A stretch of 64,000 bases of DNA from Bdellovibrionales bacterium (GTDB taxonomy: Bacteria > Bdellovibrionota > Bdellovibrionia > Bdellovibrionales > UBA1609), in assembly GCA_965261545.1 (NCBI GenBank), contig CBDHDF010000004.1, positions 64,001 to 128,000 of the forward strand. The letters are read 5' to 3'. The translations under genes and the position numbers were made by a program. The notes under the pieces were generated by a model. The model had not been told where the DNA came from. It did not search any database and saw nothing but the letters and a program-made list of their open reading frames with translations. Below, in pieces: positions 9,179-19,090 of the stretch (within the stretch, counting starts at the first letter, position 1; each line of letters begins with the position of its first letter).

Positions 9179-11602
9179 ATGAGCTTTGATGATGATTTGC
9201 CAGAAATGCTTGAGAATTTACCCATGTTGCCTGTGCGAGATATTGTTGTTTTTCCCTACATGATACTTCCATTGTATGTGGGGAGAGAAACGTCCATACG
9301 AGCCGTTGAAGGTGCTTTGGCTAATAATCGTTTGATATTTCTTGCTTCACAAGAGCAGATTACAGAGGAAAATCCCACAGCGAACTCTATATATAAGATA
9401 GGCACGATTGCTATGATTATGAGAATGAGGAAGCTGGCGGATGGGCGTATTAAAATACTTATTCAGGGTGTTGCCAAGGGAGTGACTCAGAAATTTGTTC
9501 AGTCAAACCCCTTCTTCAAAGTCAATGTTAAAAAGCTTCCTGAAGTTCAGGAAAGTGTTGCTAAATCTGAACATGAAGCTATCATTCGTACGGCTAAAGA
9601 GAGGCTAGAGAAAATTATTGGATTGGGTCGTATGCTTTCCCCAGATATGTTGCTTATTTTAGATGATGTGACAGATCCTGCAAGACTTTCAGATCTCATT
9701 GCAAGCAATCTTGATTTGAAGGTGGGTGATGCTCAAAGGGTTCTTGAAACCCATGATCCTAAGGAGCGGCTCATCTTGGTGAACCAGATATTGGCCAATG
9801 AACTTGAAGTTCTTCAAATGCAGGTAGAAATTCGTAATACAGCCAAAGATGAGATGTCAAAAAGCCAACGAGAGTATTTTCTTCGCGAGCAAATGCGAGC
9901 AATTAAGAATGAACTTGGTGATGCAGATTCTAAATCGGAAGAAATAGACAACCTGAGAGACAAGATTAAATCCACGGGTATGTCTGAAAAAGTTCAAAAA
10001 GAGGCTCTCACACAGCTTTTGCGTCTTGAAAGGATGCATCCTGATGCCAGTGAAGCCTCTATGGTTAGAAGTTATTTAGATATTATGGTAGACTTGCCTT
10101 GGGGTATTTCGACGGAGGATCAACTTCATTTAAATAGGGCTCAGAAAATTTTAAATGAGGATCACTACGATCTTGAAAAGGCTAAAGAAAGAATCTTAGA
10201 ATTCTTAGCTGTCAGACAGTTGAAGGGCAATAATATTACGGGTCCGATTTTGTGTTTTGTCGGCCCTCCTGGAGTGGGAAAAACCTCTCTTGGTAAGAGT
10301 ATTGCTCGTGCTATGGGACGTAAATATTTTAGAATTTCATTAGGTGGAGTTAAAGACGAGGCAGAGATTCGGGGTCATCGAAGAACTTATGTGGGAGCTA
10401 TGCCAGGCAAAGTCATTCAAGCTTTAAAACAAATTGGCTCCAATAACCCCGTGATTGTTCTTGATGAGATTGATAAGCTTGGATCAGATTTTCGTGGAGA
10501 CCCCAGTGCTGCCATGCTTGAGGTTTTGGATCCAGAGCAGAATGCGAATTTTAGAGATAATTACTTAAATGTGGATTTTGATCTTAGCAATGTTTTATTT
10601 GTGGCCACAGCCAATGTTTTAGATAGTATTCCTCCTGCTCTTCGAGATCGTATGGAGGTTATACAAATATCTGGCTATACTGAAAATGATAAAATCCTTA
10701 TTGCTAAGAAATATCTTATGAGTAAAGAAATTGAGCGAAGTGGGATTACAGAAGAGAATATTGAATTCACTGATAAAGGCATCCAATATCTTATTAGTCA
10801 CTATACCAGAGAGGCTGGTCTAAGAAATCTAAGCCGTGAAATTGGATCTCTTTGTCGAAAGATTGCTAAGAAAATTGTCTCTGGAGAACAGAGTAAAATG
10901 TTGATAACTCCAGAAAAGATCATTGAATTATTAGGTGCCCCTAAATTTATTAGAGATACTAAGCTTAAGGAAAGCCAAGTTGGTATTACAACAGGTCTTG
11001 CTTGGACACAAGTGGGAGGTGAGATCCTCTATGTTGAAGCTATTAAAATGAAGGGAAAAGGTGGGCTTATACTCACAGGGCAACTTGGTGATGTTATGAA
11101 AGAATCGGCTCAAGCGGCTATGTCCTATGCCAAAGCCAATGCTGCGGGTTTAGGTATTGAAAGTCGTTGGTTTACAAGCAATGAAGTTCATGTGCATATA
11201 CCTGCCGGTGCAACTCCAAAGGATGGTCCTTCAGCAGGTGTGACTATTTCGACATCACTCATTAGCGTGATGACAGATATTCCTGTGAGGACAGATATGG
11301 CTATGACGGGAGAAGTCACTTTGTCGGGAAGAGTGTTACCTGTGGGAGGGATTAAAGAAAAAGCTCTTGCGGCTCTTAGTCATGATATCAACACCATTAT
11401 TTTACCTTTAGCTAATAAGAAGGACGTTGCTGATATTCCAAATGAATTTAAAGAGAAGATGAACTTTATCTATGTAGAAAACCTAGATGAAGTTATTGCT
11501 CTAGCCTTTGATCATCCCACCAAGAGAGCGGTGAGCTCACCACCTTCTAAAAGTTCCAAGAAAAGTAAAAGCAGTCTCCCTTCTATTTCATCAGTGGCTT
11601 AG
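9179..11602 (+). CDS. lon: ATP-dependent Lon protease (paralog 1)
   Basis: LPVRDIVVFP N-domain, Walker [10 protein letters not shown], catalytic PKDGPSAG and GGIKEK. Confidence 0.97.
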   Translation: MSFDDDLPEMLENLPMLPVRDIVVFPYMILPLYVGRETSIRAVEGALANNRLIFLASQEQITEENPTANSIYKIGTIAMIMRMRKLADGRIKILIQGVAKGVTQKFVQSNPFFKVNVKKLPEVQESVAKSEHEAIIRTAKERLEKIIGLGRMLSPDMLLILDDVTDPARLSDLIASNLDLKVGDAQRVLETHDPKERLILVNQILANELEVLQMQVEIRNTAKDEMSKSQREYFLREQMRAIKNELGDADSKSEEIDNLRDKIKSTGMSEKVQKEALTQLLRLERMHPDASEASMVRSYLDIMVDLPWGISTEDQLHLNRAQKILNEDHYDLEKAKERILEFLAVRQLKGNNITGPILCFVGPPGVGKTSLGKSIARAMGRKYFRISLGGVKDEAEIRGHRRTYVGAMPGKVIQALKQIGSNNPVIVLDEIDKLGSDFRGDPSAAMLEVLDPEQNANFRDNYLNVDFDLSNVLFVATANVLDSIPPALRDRMEVIQISGYTENDKILIAKKYLMSKEIERSGITEENIEFTDKGIQYLISHYTREAGLRNLSREIGSLCRKIAKKIVSGEQSKMLITPEKIIELLGAPKFIRDTKLKESQVGITTGLAWTQVGGEILYVEAIKMKGKGGLILTGQLGDVMKESAQAAMSYAKANAAGLGIESRWFTSNEVHVHIPAGATPKDGPSAGVTISTSLISVMTDIPVRTDMAMTGEVTLSGRVLPVGGIKEKALAALSHDINTIILPLANKKDVADIPNEFKEKMNFIYVENLDEVIALAFDHPTKRAVSSPPSKSSKKSKSSLPSISSVA

Positions 11603-11722
11603 GTCTTAGTAGGAGAAAGTTTTTCTTTTTCCTTGTGGAGGCGTTCATTTTCATCTTCGAGGGCAAGAACGAGGGTCTTGAGGTCTGAGACTTCACTTTG
11701 AACCAAAATGAGATGTTCTTCT
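11414..11722 (+). repeat. 309-bp direct repeat, left copy (target duplication of the IS1634-family element)
   Basis: Reads identical to 18782..19090 (aataagaaggacg...agatgttcttct) and abuts the IS TIR. Confidence 0.93.
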
Positions 11723-12890
11723 CCCGAGTTTGACAGCAGCATCTGCGTCAAACGAATGATATTAAAGGATTAACGCATATAGTTGTATTTTGTTTATCCA
11801 CACTTGTGGGCATTAAGGATTCTGGGAGGGATGGGGACGCCTGCGGCTTTAAATAAGGAGTTGGCATTGCCAGTGATATCTGTGCGGGTCCAAATGACTT
11901 GATCACGAATTTTAACAGGGATAGCCCTAACTTCCTTGAGTTCCCTCATGGCCTCTACAACAGTTAAAGGTCGCTCTTTAACATGACCAATGCCTATGGC
12001 TGGGCTTTTTAGTTCATCTTCTTATCTCTTAAACATTTTGTAAGGTGGGCCTCACAAAGATAAGTTAAAAAGCATAGAGTTAAATGTCCAATAATCCTCT
12101 GGTCTGTCCAATGGAAAACAGGACGTGTTTTCAAAGTCCCTTTTAACTCACCAAAAGCATCTTCAATTTTCCACAATTCTTTGTAGTTGATAATAATCTC
12201 ATCTGCCGTCAAGTCTTTGACATTTGTAAGGACGGCAAAAAAACCATCAATTTTTTCATCTAATTCTATTTGTTCTGCATTTAATTCAGGTTTTTTATTT
12301 TTGTCGTCAGCCATCTTTACATATGTTAGCTGACAATTAAAATGCCCCACCGTCGCCAATGAAAAGTGGCCACTTTTCAGAGGAGGACCTATGGTGATTT
12401 TTGGCATTGTCAACCGAGACGCATATAATCAATTGATATTACTCATAAAAAGGCTCCGAGCTGATAAGAACTCCTTTTGGGTTCTTGTCGACCTGGAAAG
12501 GGGCTCCGTGTTGGAGAGTCCTTCCATGACAGCCTATTCAGGTTCCATATTTGTCATTTGTAGACTGTTTCTGGATTTCAATGAGGTTAAATATATAGTC
12601 AAGAAAAGCCTGTTTAGGCTGTGCCCATTTTCTAAAGTATTTAAATTCCACAAGATTCCAACATTTGCCTCAATTTTCATGGAATTTCTTTTTGAAGACA
12701 GGCTTCCCTTAAAGCCGTCGCCAATTAAAATGTCCCACTTTCAATATGGAGGTTGTCGCCAATGAAAAGTGACCAATCTTCAGGGAGTGTTCAAATACTA
12801 GACAATGAAGTCTCTTCTTCTGATATAGATACTAAGCTCACAGAGTCCCTCCCTTTTGCAACTCAAAAGGTTAGCAATGAGGAGGATCTT

Positions 12891-14357
12891 ATGATTAGTC
12901 AATACACTTTCGGCCGCATTCGTGACCTGAGTCACAGTGGTAAAAATAAGACAGAAATATCTCGTGAATTAGGGATCAATCGTAAGACGGTGCGCAAGTA
13001 CTGTGAGTCCAACACCCCACCGAAGTACAAGGCGAGGTCCAAAAGAACTCGCCCAGATCCCCTTAATGGATATATGGATCGGGTGAAGTACTTTTTGAAG
13101 TTGAACCCAAGTAACACCGCCCGTGAAATATATGAGCTATTAGTTGAGGAGGGTTATCGTGGGAGTGAGAGAACGGTTCAGAGAAGAGTTTGTGAGATTC
13201 TTGGTTCTCGCCCCAAGGAGCGTTTTTTCAGCCAAAGATATGATCCTGGAGAACAGGCTCAGTTTGATTTTAAGGAGAAGGTTGCTTTACCATTTGCCGA
13301 TGGTGTTCAGATCGTTCATCTCCATTTTGGAACATTGCCTTGTAGTGGCACCTGTTGGGTTCGTGCCTACCCCTTTCTTGTCTATGAGTGTTTCATCGAT
13401 GGGGTGCATGCTTTTTTTGAAAAGATAGGTGGGATGAGTGCGAACATCCGTATTGATAATTTATCTCCCTGTGTGAAGAAAGTTCTTAAAGGAAATCAGC
13501 GAATTTACACCCAATCTTTTGATCGAGCCATCCAATACTATGGATTTAAGGTTCTTCCCTGCCGCGCAGGGAAGGGCTCTGACAAGGGAGATGTGGAGCG
13601 TGATATTCGAACCTTCAGTTCTCGGATAAAAAATATTGTTAGAAACAAAGGAATTGTTTTTAAAGACTGGGATCATTTGAATCAGTTTTTAGAGTCTTAT
13701 ATGGATCAGCATCAGAGTGACTCCACCAAATCTCGCTTTGAGGAGGAGGCCAAAGTTCTTAAGCCTTTGCCTCCACGAGATGAAGATATTCTCTGTAAGG
13801 TGAATATTTGTCAAAGTAATGGTTATGGGACTTTGAGAATAGGTAAAACCACATATTCCATACCTGATGAGGTGATCCAATCTCCCTGTAAAACCGTACA
13901 GGGTCCCTATCATGTCACGATCTATCGTGCAGGAGGGAAGCAAGAAATTGTCGCTCGCCATCAAAGAAAACCTGATGGGGAGCATAGTCTTCTTCTTGAA
14001 CATATCCTTCCCTCTTTAGTTCGTAAGCCGCAAGCCATGGTAAGATGGGCTCACCGATCCATTCTTTTTCCAACAAATGTGTTTGAAAATTTTTATCAAT
14101 ACCTCAAGCAACAAGATTCAAGCCGTGCCGAGCATGAATATTTAAGAGTTATCAACTTGATTCAGCATGTGAGTTGGCAGGACTTATCTACAGCCATGGA
14201 GCTTCAATTAGAAAGTCGTGAGATTTTCGACTTTAAATCCATAAAAGATTTGCTCTTAGGCAATCCCACCAAAATTAATTTGAATGACCAACAAAAACCA
14301 CTTCAACCTAGATTGTCTCAATATGACAGTCTTGTTCCAAACATAGGAGGTTCTTAA
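12891..14357 (+). CDS. istA: IS21 transposase IstA
   Basis: HTH ISRELGINRKTVRKY, PGEQAQFDF, IRIDN, KGDVERDI; ATG 12891 follows GAGGAGG (the ORF track extends to 12753). Confidence 0.93.
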   Translation: MISQYTFGRIRDLSHSGKNKTEISRELGINRKTVRKYCESNTPPKYKARSKRTRPDPLNGYMDRVKYFLKLNPSNTAREIYELLVEEGYRGSERTVQRRVCEILGSRPKERFFSQRYDPGEQAQFDFKEKVALPFADGVQIVHLHFGTLPCSGTCWVRAYPFLVYECFIDGVHAFFEKIGGMSANIRIDNLSPCVKKVLKGNQRIYTQSFDRAIQYYGFKVLPCRAGKGSDKGDVERDIRTFSSRIKNIVRNKGIVFKDWDHLNQFLESYMDQHQSDSTKSRFEEEAKVLKPLPPRDEDILCKVNICQSNGYGTLRIGKTTYSIPDEVIQSPCKTVQGPYHVTIYRAGGKQEIVARHQRKPDGEHSLLLEHILPSLVRKPQAMVRWAHRSILFPTNVFENFYQYLKQQDSSRAEHEYLRVINLIQHVSWQDLSTAMELQLESREIFDFKSIKDLLLGNPTKINLNDQQKPLQPRLSQYDSLVPNIGGS

Positions 14358-15139
14358 TGAATCACGAAGAACTTATAGGTTCTCTTAAAAAACTCCGACT
14401 TCCAGCGATGGCGGATGAATATGTTGCAACGGCTAGAGTTGCCGAAAAAACAAAAAAGACGTATGAACAGTATTTAGGTATACTCGTTCAAAATGAGCTT
14501 GCTGACAAGCATTCCCAGAGAGTGAAAAGATTGCTTAAGGGGGCCAAGCTTCCTCAACTTAAATCACTCCAAACTTATAACTTCCAGAAAAGAACGGGAG
14601 TGACAGCTCAGCAAATTAATTGGATGGCAGAGGGAGAGTGGGTCAGAAAAGCCTGTAATGTTGTGTTTTACGGAAGCTTTGGAATGGGGAAAAGTCATTT
14701 GGCCATGTCCCTAGTTCGTTCACTCTGTGAACAAGGCTATCGATGTTTATGGGTCACCACTCATGAACTTATTGAAACAATGCGTGAAAGCAAGAAAGAA
14801 CTCTCATTGAATGCTCTTTTTAAGAAATTAGACCGTTTTGATCTTATTGCTTGTGATGAACTTGGCTATACAGCTTCCTGCACAGAGGGGGCAGATCTTT
14901 TCTTTCAATTCATATCTCAGCGATATGAAAGGAAAAGTCTCATGATCACTACAAACTTAACATACTCTGAATGGGATAAGGTGTTTCTTAACCCTATTAC
15001 CACCGCTGCTGCTGTTGATCGAATCATTCACAACTGTGAAACCCTCAACATTGAAGGAAAAGAAAGTTGGAGAACCGAATCGGCAAAAGCCAAGTCTAAA
15101 CAGAGCAAAGAGGAAAGTTCAACCAAAGAAGTTCATTAG
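14357..15139 (+). CDS. istB: IS21 helper AAA+ ATPase IstB
   Basis: GSFGMGKSHLA, DELGY, RYERKSLMITTN, AAVDRIIH. Confidence 0.95.
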   Translation: MNHEELIGSLKKLRLPAMADEYVATARVAEKTKKTYEQYLGILVQNELADKHSQRVKRLLKGAKLPQLKSLQTYNFQKRTGVTAQQINWMAEGEWVRKACNVVFYGSFGMGKSHLAMSLVRSLCEQGYRCLWVTTHELIETMRESKKELSLNALFKKLDRFDLIACDELGYTASCTEGADLFFQFISQRYERKSLMITTNLTYSEWDKVFLNPITTAAAVDRIIHNCETLNIEGKESWRTESAKAKSKQSKEESSTKEVH

Positions 15140-15166
15140 AGATCCCCACTTTTGGGGAAGGAACTC

Positions 15167-15264
15167 GCCAGTTATCCACAAAATTTATCCACAGCAGCAC
15201 TGCGTTGCTAGACATCGGGGTCACAGCCGCAGTGTCGCCATGGATAAATTTATGGATAACTGGC
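15167..15264. repeat. Long imperfect palindrome with two perfect DnaA-box 9-mers (TTATCCACA at 15172 and 15185) inside IS21
   Basis: Left arm GCCAGTTATCCACAAAATTTATCCACAGCAGCACTGCG pairs with right arm CGCAGTGTCGCCATGGATAAATTTATGGATAACTGGC. Confidence 0.85.
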
Positions 15265-15751
15265 TTTTACCGTACTATTTACTCGTCACTCTTGCGGAGC
15301 TTTAGACATTAGCTGCGCCAAGGAATCCTGAAAAATACTCCATTTACCTCTGCCATAGGGCTGAAGGATGCATTTGGGGTCATGCCAAAAGTGGTGGGCA
15401 GAAAATCATTCCTCAGAATCTTGTGGCATAGTCCGAGTTAAATGATGAGCAAAATAAAGACACTTGACTAAACTCTGAACGAAGAATAACTAAATCAGTA
15501 CATCATCAACTGGCCGTTTTTCATTGGCGACGGCTTCTAAAAATGGCCAATTTTAATTGGCGCCTAACAACATATTTCTTATAACCTTTATTGGAAACAA
15601 AAGTACTAGACTGAACACCTTTAGAAGATAGTTTTCCTTCGATCTTTTCAAGAAGGGATTCTCTAGATTTTTTATCTCTCTCTGCTCTTTTCCTAGACCA
15701 AGTCACAATACATCTATGCCCCCCATGGTCTGTTTCGTAAACAGCAAGCTC

Positions 15752-17641
15752 CCTAAAAGTTGTAACTAGGTTTAATGTATTGCGTTAACTTTCCTCTCTT
15801 CCTATGGAATTGGCTGCTGTCAACGGTTTGAGAGGTTTAATAGTATTAATATATTTAATATGATTCATAAGAATTTGCTGCGAAAGGTCCTCTTCGTCTC
15901 CATTGGATAGATGAGGCATAGTGGTAGCCACAGCCACCGTCACATTTGAAACAGATAAAAAACATCATTTTGTCTTGGGAAGCCCATCTATTTGGAAGGC
16001 TGAAAAAATATCCTTTTGTTTTTTAGACAGCTCTCCAAGCATCAGATCACCTGTAGCTAATTCATAAAATTTTAATCGGTCCATCATTTTGTAAATTTCT
16101 ATTTTAGACATTTTTTTATATAACTTCTTATCTTTCATAACAGTATCAATATGTGAAATTAAAATTAAAGAGAGAAAATTAATAAAGATGCTTCCCCTCA
16201 TATTCATGAGAGAATGAACTCGACTTCTCCTTCCATTAATATCATGCTTGAATGAGAAAAATACTTTCTCAATGATATCTTTGTTTCGATATAAACTCAA
16301 TATATCTGTTTTCTTTAAATCATGACTATTTGTAATTAATATCATAATACCCAGCGTAGAAGATTCTTCATTAATATTTTCTTCATTTAAAGAAATCTTA
16401 AATGGAGTGCAATCAGAGATATTGAGAAACCTTTTTTTATTTCCTAAAGTTTCTTTCATATAGGAACTAGCTTGTTCTTCTGATTTCAAATCTTTCTCAA
16501 GAAAGAGTTTCATAAAATCAAGCAACTCTTTCATTAACACAGATTCCTCATAAACCCTTCTTTCTTTGTCTAAGAAAATATGAGCCGTACAATCAAATCC
16601 TCCGATTTTTATTGATTCTTTGCAATGCGAATAAATTTCCTCATTAAAAGTAAAAGAGCATGATGGAGATTTTATTTTCTCATTTAAAGCCACAGCAAGC
16701 TCTCTTGAGAGTTTTGTTCTAAAACTCATGGGTATCAAATACTTCAATTCCTTACGATGCAGTCCCTTAATATTTTCTACACTAGAAAAACCCTTATCCA
16801 TAACTAAACAATCTAAATCTAATTTATAACTTGTTATGATCTCAATAATATTCGATAAAGTTTTGACATCCGGTATACTTCCAGGATAGATTCTGTACGC
16901 TATAGGCGTATGAGTTTTATTGTCTTCAGATTTCCTACTTATCAGACCTAAGTTTATCTGTTCGAGATTCTCTCCATCTCTGTTGTAACCTTTCTCTAAA
17001 AATTCATTATTCATAGAGTAGGAAGAAAAGGATGTGATGTCAAACATTACCGTACCAGAACCCTTCACTTGACTTATCCATTCGCTAAAGAAAGATTCTA
17101 TCTTTTTTTGATCTCTCCCAAGATCACATAAGAGATTGCTTATTTTTTGTGACGACATAAAATTTTTCTTTGAAACATAAGCTTCTTGACACCACATATC
17201 GTAAAGATAAAAGGGCTCTCTTTTGATTATTTTAAAAAAAGCTAAATGCAAATAATGTTCGTAATTATCTGGATAAATTTTAGACAATGTTTTTAGAAGA
17301 TTTAGTTGTTCGCATATTTTCTCTAAGAAAAATAAGGCTCCCACATTATAGGAGCCTATGGGAATCTTTTTTCTTTTGGTCTTAATTTGACCTGTAAACT
17401 CATCCTTTCTTCCAAGGTAGATGCGTTTTTGCCTGGCCTGCTTTTTTTCCTTGTCCCAAAAGCTTTCAACTTTATAGACATAGGTTTTTCCCTTATTTTT
17501 TTGCTCAAAAGTGTATGACATCGTTAATATTGTAACTATGCTTTTGAAGAGATGACAATCTCTTAATCAAAGTGAAGGCCTTCTCAGACAATAATCAGGA
17601 CTTAAGCCCTACACCTAGTTACAACTTTTAGGGATTTCAGG
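15752..17641 (-). mobile_element. Second IS1634-family IS (about 1890 bp) nested in the outer transposase
   Basis: IR CCTAAAAGTTGTAACTAGG (15752) and its complement at 17614..17632; DR AAGCTC (15746..15751 / 17642..17647); removal restores the outer transposase frame. Confidence 0.88.
15965..17521 (-). CDS. IS1634-family DDE transposase (intact, 518 aa)
   Basis: KGKTYVY..FWDKEKKQARQK, FDITSFSSYS, GYNRDGENLEQINLG, PGSIPDVKTL, MDKGF, YRNKDIIEKVF. Confidence 0.88.
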   Translation of the reverse strand: MSYTFEQKNKGKTYVYKVESFWDKEKKQARQKRIYLGRKDEFTGQIKTKRKKIPIGSYNVGALFFLEKICEQLNLLKTLSKIYPDNYEHYLHLAFFKIIKREPFYLYDMWCQEAYVSKKNFMSSQKISNLLCDLGRDQKKIESFFSEWISQVKGSGTVMFDITSFSSYSMNNEFLEKGYNRDGENLEQINLGLISRKSEDNKTHTPIAYRIYPGSIPDVKTLSNIIEIITSYKLDLDCLVMDKGFSSVENIKGLHRKELKYLIPMSFRTKLSRELAVALNEKIKSPSCSFTFNEEIYSHCKESIKIGGFDCTAHIFLDKERRVYEESVLMKELLDFMKLFLEKDLKSEEQASSYMKETLGNKKRFLNISDCTPFKISLNEENINEESSTLGIMILITNSHDLKKTDILSLYRNKDIIEKVFFSFKHDINGRRSRVHSLMNMRGSIFINFLSLILISHIDTVMKDKKLYKKMSKIEIYKMMDRLKFYELATGDLMLGELSKKQKDIFSAFQIDGLPKTK

Positions 17642-18781
17642 AAGCTCATTCTCATATACCCAGCTAAAACGATTTAAATCATAGACCTCTTGTTTCTTTT
17701 CTTTTTTTAAAGATCCAAGCTTCATACCAACAATAAACTCGCTTTGATCCTCACTGAGTTTGTCAGTATTAGCCTTTGATAAAAGCCCCCTATCAGCCAC
17801 AAAAATGAAACGGCGTACATTAAACTTTTTTCTCATTTTATCAACAATATCTGAAAGCGTCTTGCCTTCAAAAGTATTACCAGGGAAAACCTCAAAACCT
17901 AAAGGGATGCCATCCCGATTCACCAACAAACCAAAGACAACTTGGGTGCAGTCTGATCGTCTCTCTTTACTATAGCCAAATTGACGAAGTTTCCCTAAGT
18001 CTGTTCTTGTACTCTCGAAGCGTAAGGTTGTTAAATCATACAACACAATGTCTACTTGGAAATTAAATAAATCTCGCCCCACCCAATAAAGCGAGTTCTC
18101 TATTTCATCCTTATGGGAGGCAAGTAAGTCCATAGACCGATAAATATGCTGGAGACTCAAATCACCCTTAATCATGTCTGGGTAAAAAGATTTTTGCCAA
18201 TACTCAAAAACCTTTAACTTGGAACTAGGAGCAATAAATCGGCTGGCAACTAAGGTAAAAATCACCTTACATAAATCAAATTGAACTTTCTCATGAGAAT
18301 CTTTTATGTCTTTGAGGGTCTTATTGATACCCAGTTGATCAAACAACTTTTGTAAAATCAGCAAGGGACCCAAAATGAAAGTCTCTTCGATGTAAAGCTC
18401 CTTAGCCAATTGACTCACAGTGAGAAGCTCTCGGTGGCGGGATACGGCCTGCGCCAAACTATTAATCTTATCCTCTCCTCCTTCTCCAGCCTTACCTAAG
18501 GACATGAGCATGCGTTTTTTGGATTTGCCTTTTTCTCTGTAGGACTCCACAAGGTGGTAGTAGCACTGACCTTTTGAGTTTTTAGTCGTTTGGATGTACA
18601 TGAGGATATTTTCTACATATTTCTATGATATATCAATATTTAAAACGATAAAATCCTATTTTGTTTTCTACACTTTTTTTACGTCAATTTTAATTTTTCC
18701 AGCAGCTACCATTATATTTCAGTACAACCCCAATTTCTGGAAATTTCGCATTTTAACGCAGATGCTGCTGTCAAACTCGGG

Positions 18782-19090
18782 AATAAGAAGGACGTTGCTG
18801 ATATTCCAAATGAATTTAAAGAGAAGATGAACTTTATCTATGTAGAAAACCTAGATGAAGTTATTGCTCTAGCCTTTGATCATCCCACCAAGAGAGCGGT
18901 GAGCTCACCACCTTCTAAAAGTTCCAAGAAAAGTAAAAGCAGTCTCCCTTCTATTTCATCAGTGGCTTAGGTCTTAGTAGGAGAAAGTTTTTCTTTTTCC
19001 TTGTGGAGGCGTTCATTTTCATCTTCGAGGGCAAGAACGAGGGTCTTGAGGTCTGAGACTTCACTTTGAACCAAAATGAGATGTTCTTCT
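18782..19090 (+). repeat. 309-bp direct repeat, right copy (orphan lon 3' end plus the true 3' end of the convergent gene)
   Basis: Reads identical to 11414..11722. Confidence 0.93.

Larger units (their letters stand above)
12324..15569 (+). mobile_element. IS21-family insertion sequence, copy 1 (3246 bp), nested in the outer IS1634 transposase
   Basis: TGTTAG...CTAACA ends, reiterated subterminal motifs, 5-bp DR ACATA (12319..12323 / 15570..15574), istA-istB. Confidence 0.95.
11794..18601 (-). pseudogene. IS1634-family transposase split into 18601..17642, 15745..15570 and 12318..11794, with a 1-bp frameshift near 12013
   Basis: Pieces rejoin in frame (..WVYENEL|AVYETDHGG.. and ..GYKKY|VKMADD..); motifs YDLTT, GYSKERRSD, VADRG, YKELWKIEDAF, RPVFHW; reconstructed length about 553 aa. 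Confidence 0.9.
11723..18781 (-). mobile_element. IS1634-family insertion sequence (outer; about 1.9 kb once two nested ISs are removed)
   Basis: Perfect 26-bp TIR CCCGAGTTTGACAGCAGCATCTGCGT at both ends; 309-bp flanking direct repeat; transposase fragments inside. Confidence 0.93.

Noticed and set aside
11794..11802. DnaA box TTATCCACA in the outer IS1634
   Set aside because: Single occurrence, explained by the transposase's last codons (TGT GGA TAA).
15015..15305. 96-aa ORF after istB (also 42429..42719)
   Set aside because: Overlaps istB out of frame, runs through the palindrome and has no recognisable motif; the two differences between copies are synonymous but too few to be informative.
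15813..15823. 11-bp match (GCTGCTGTCAA) between the inner IS tail and the outer IS TIR, suggesting guide-like targeting
   Set aside because: Too short to exclude chance, and the insertion site is not at the TIR.
18782..18970. A third lon gene or lon pseudogene
   Set aside because: It is just the duplicated 3' end of lon within the IS target duplication.
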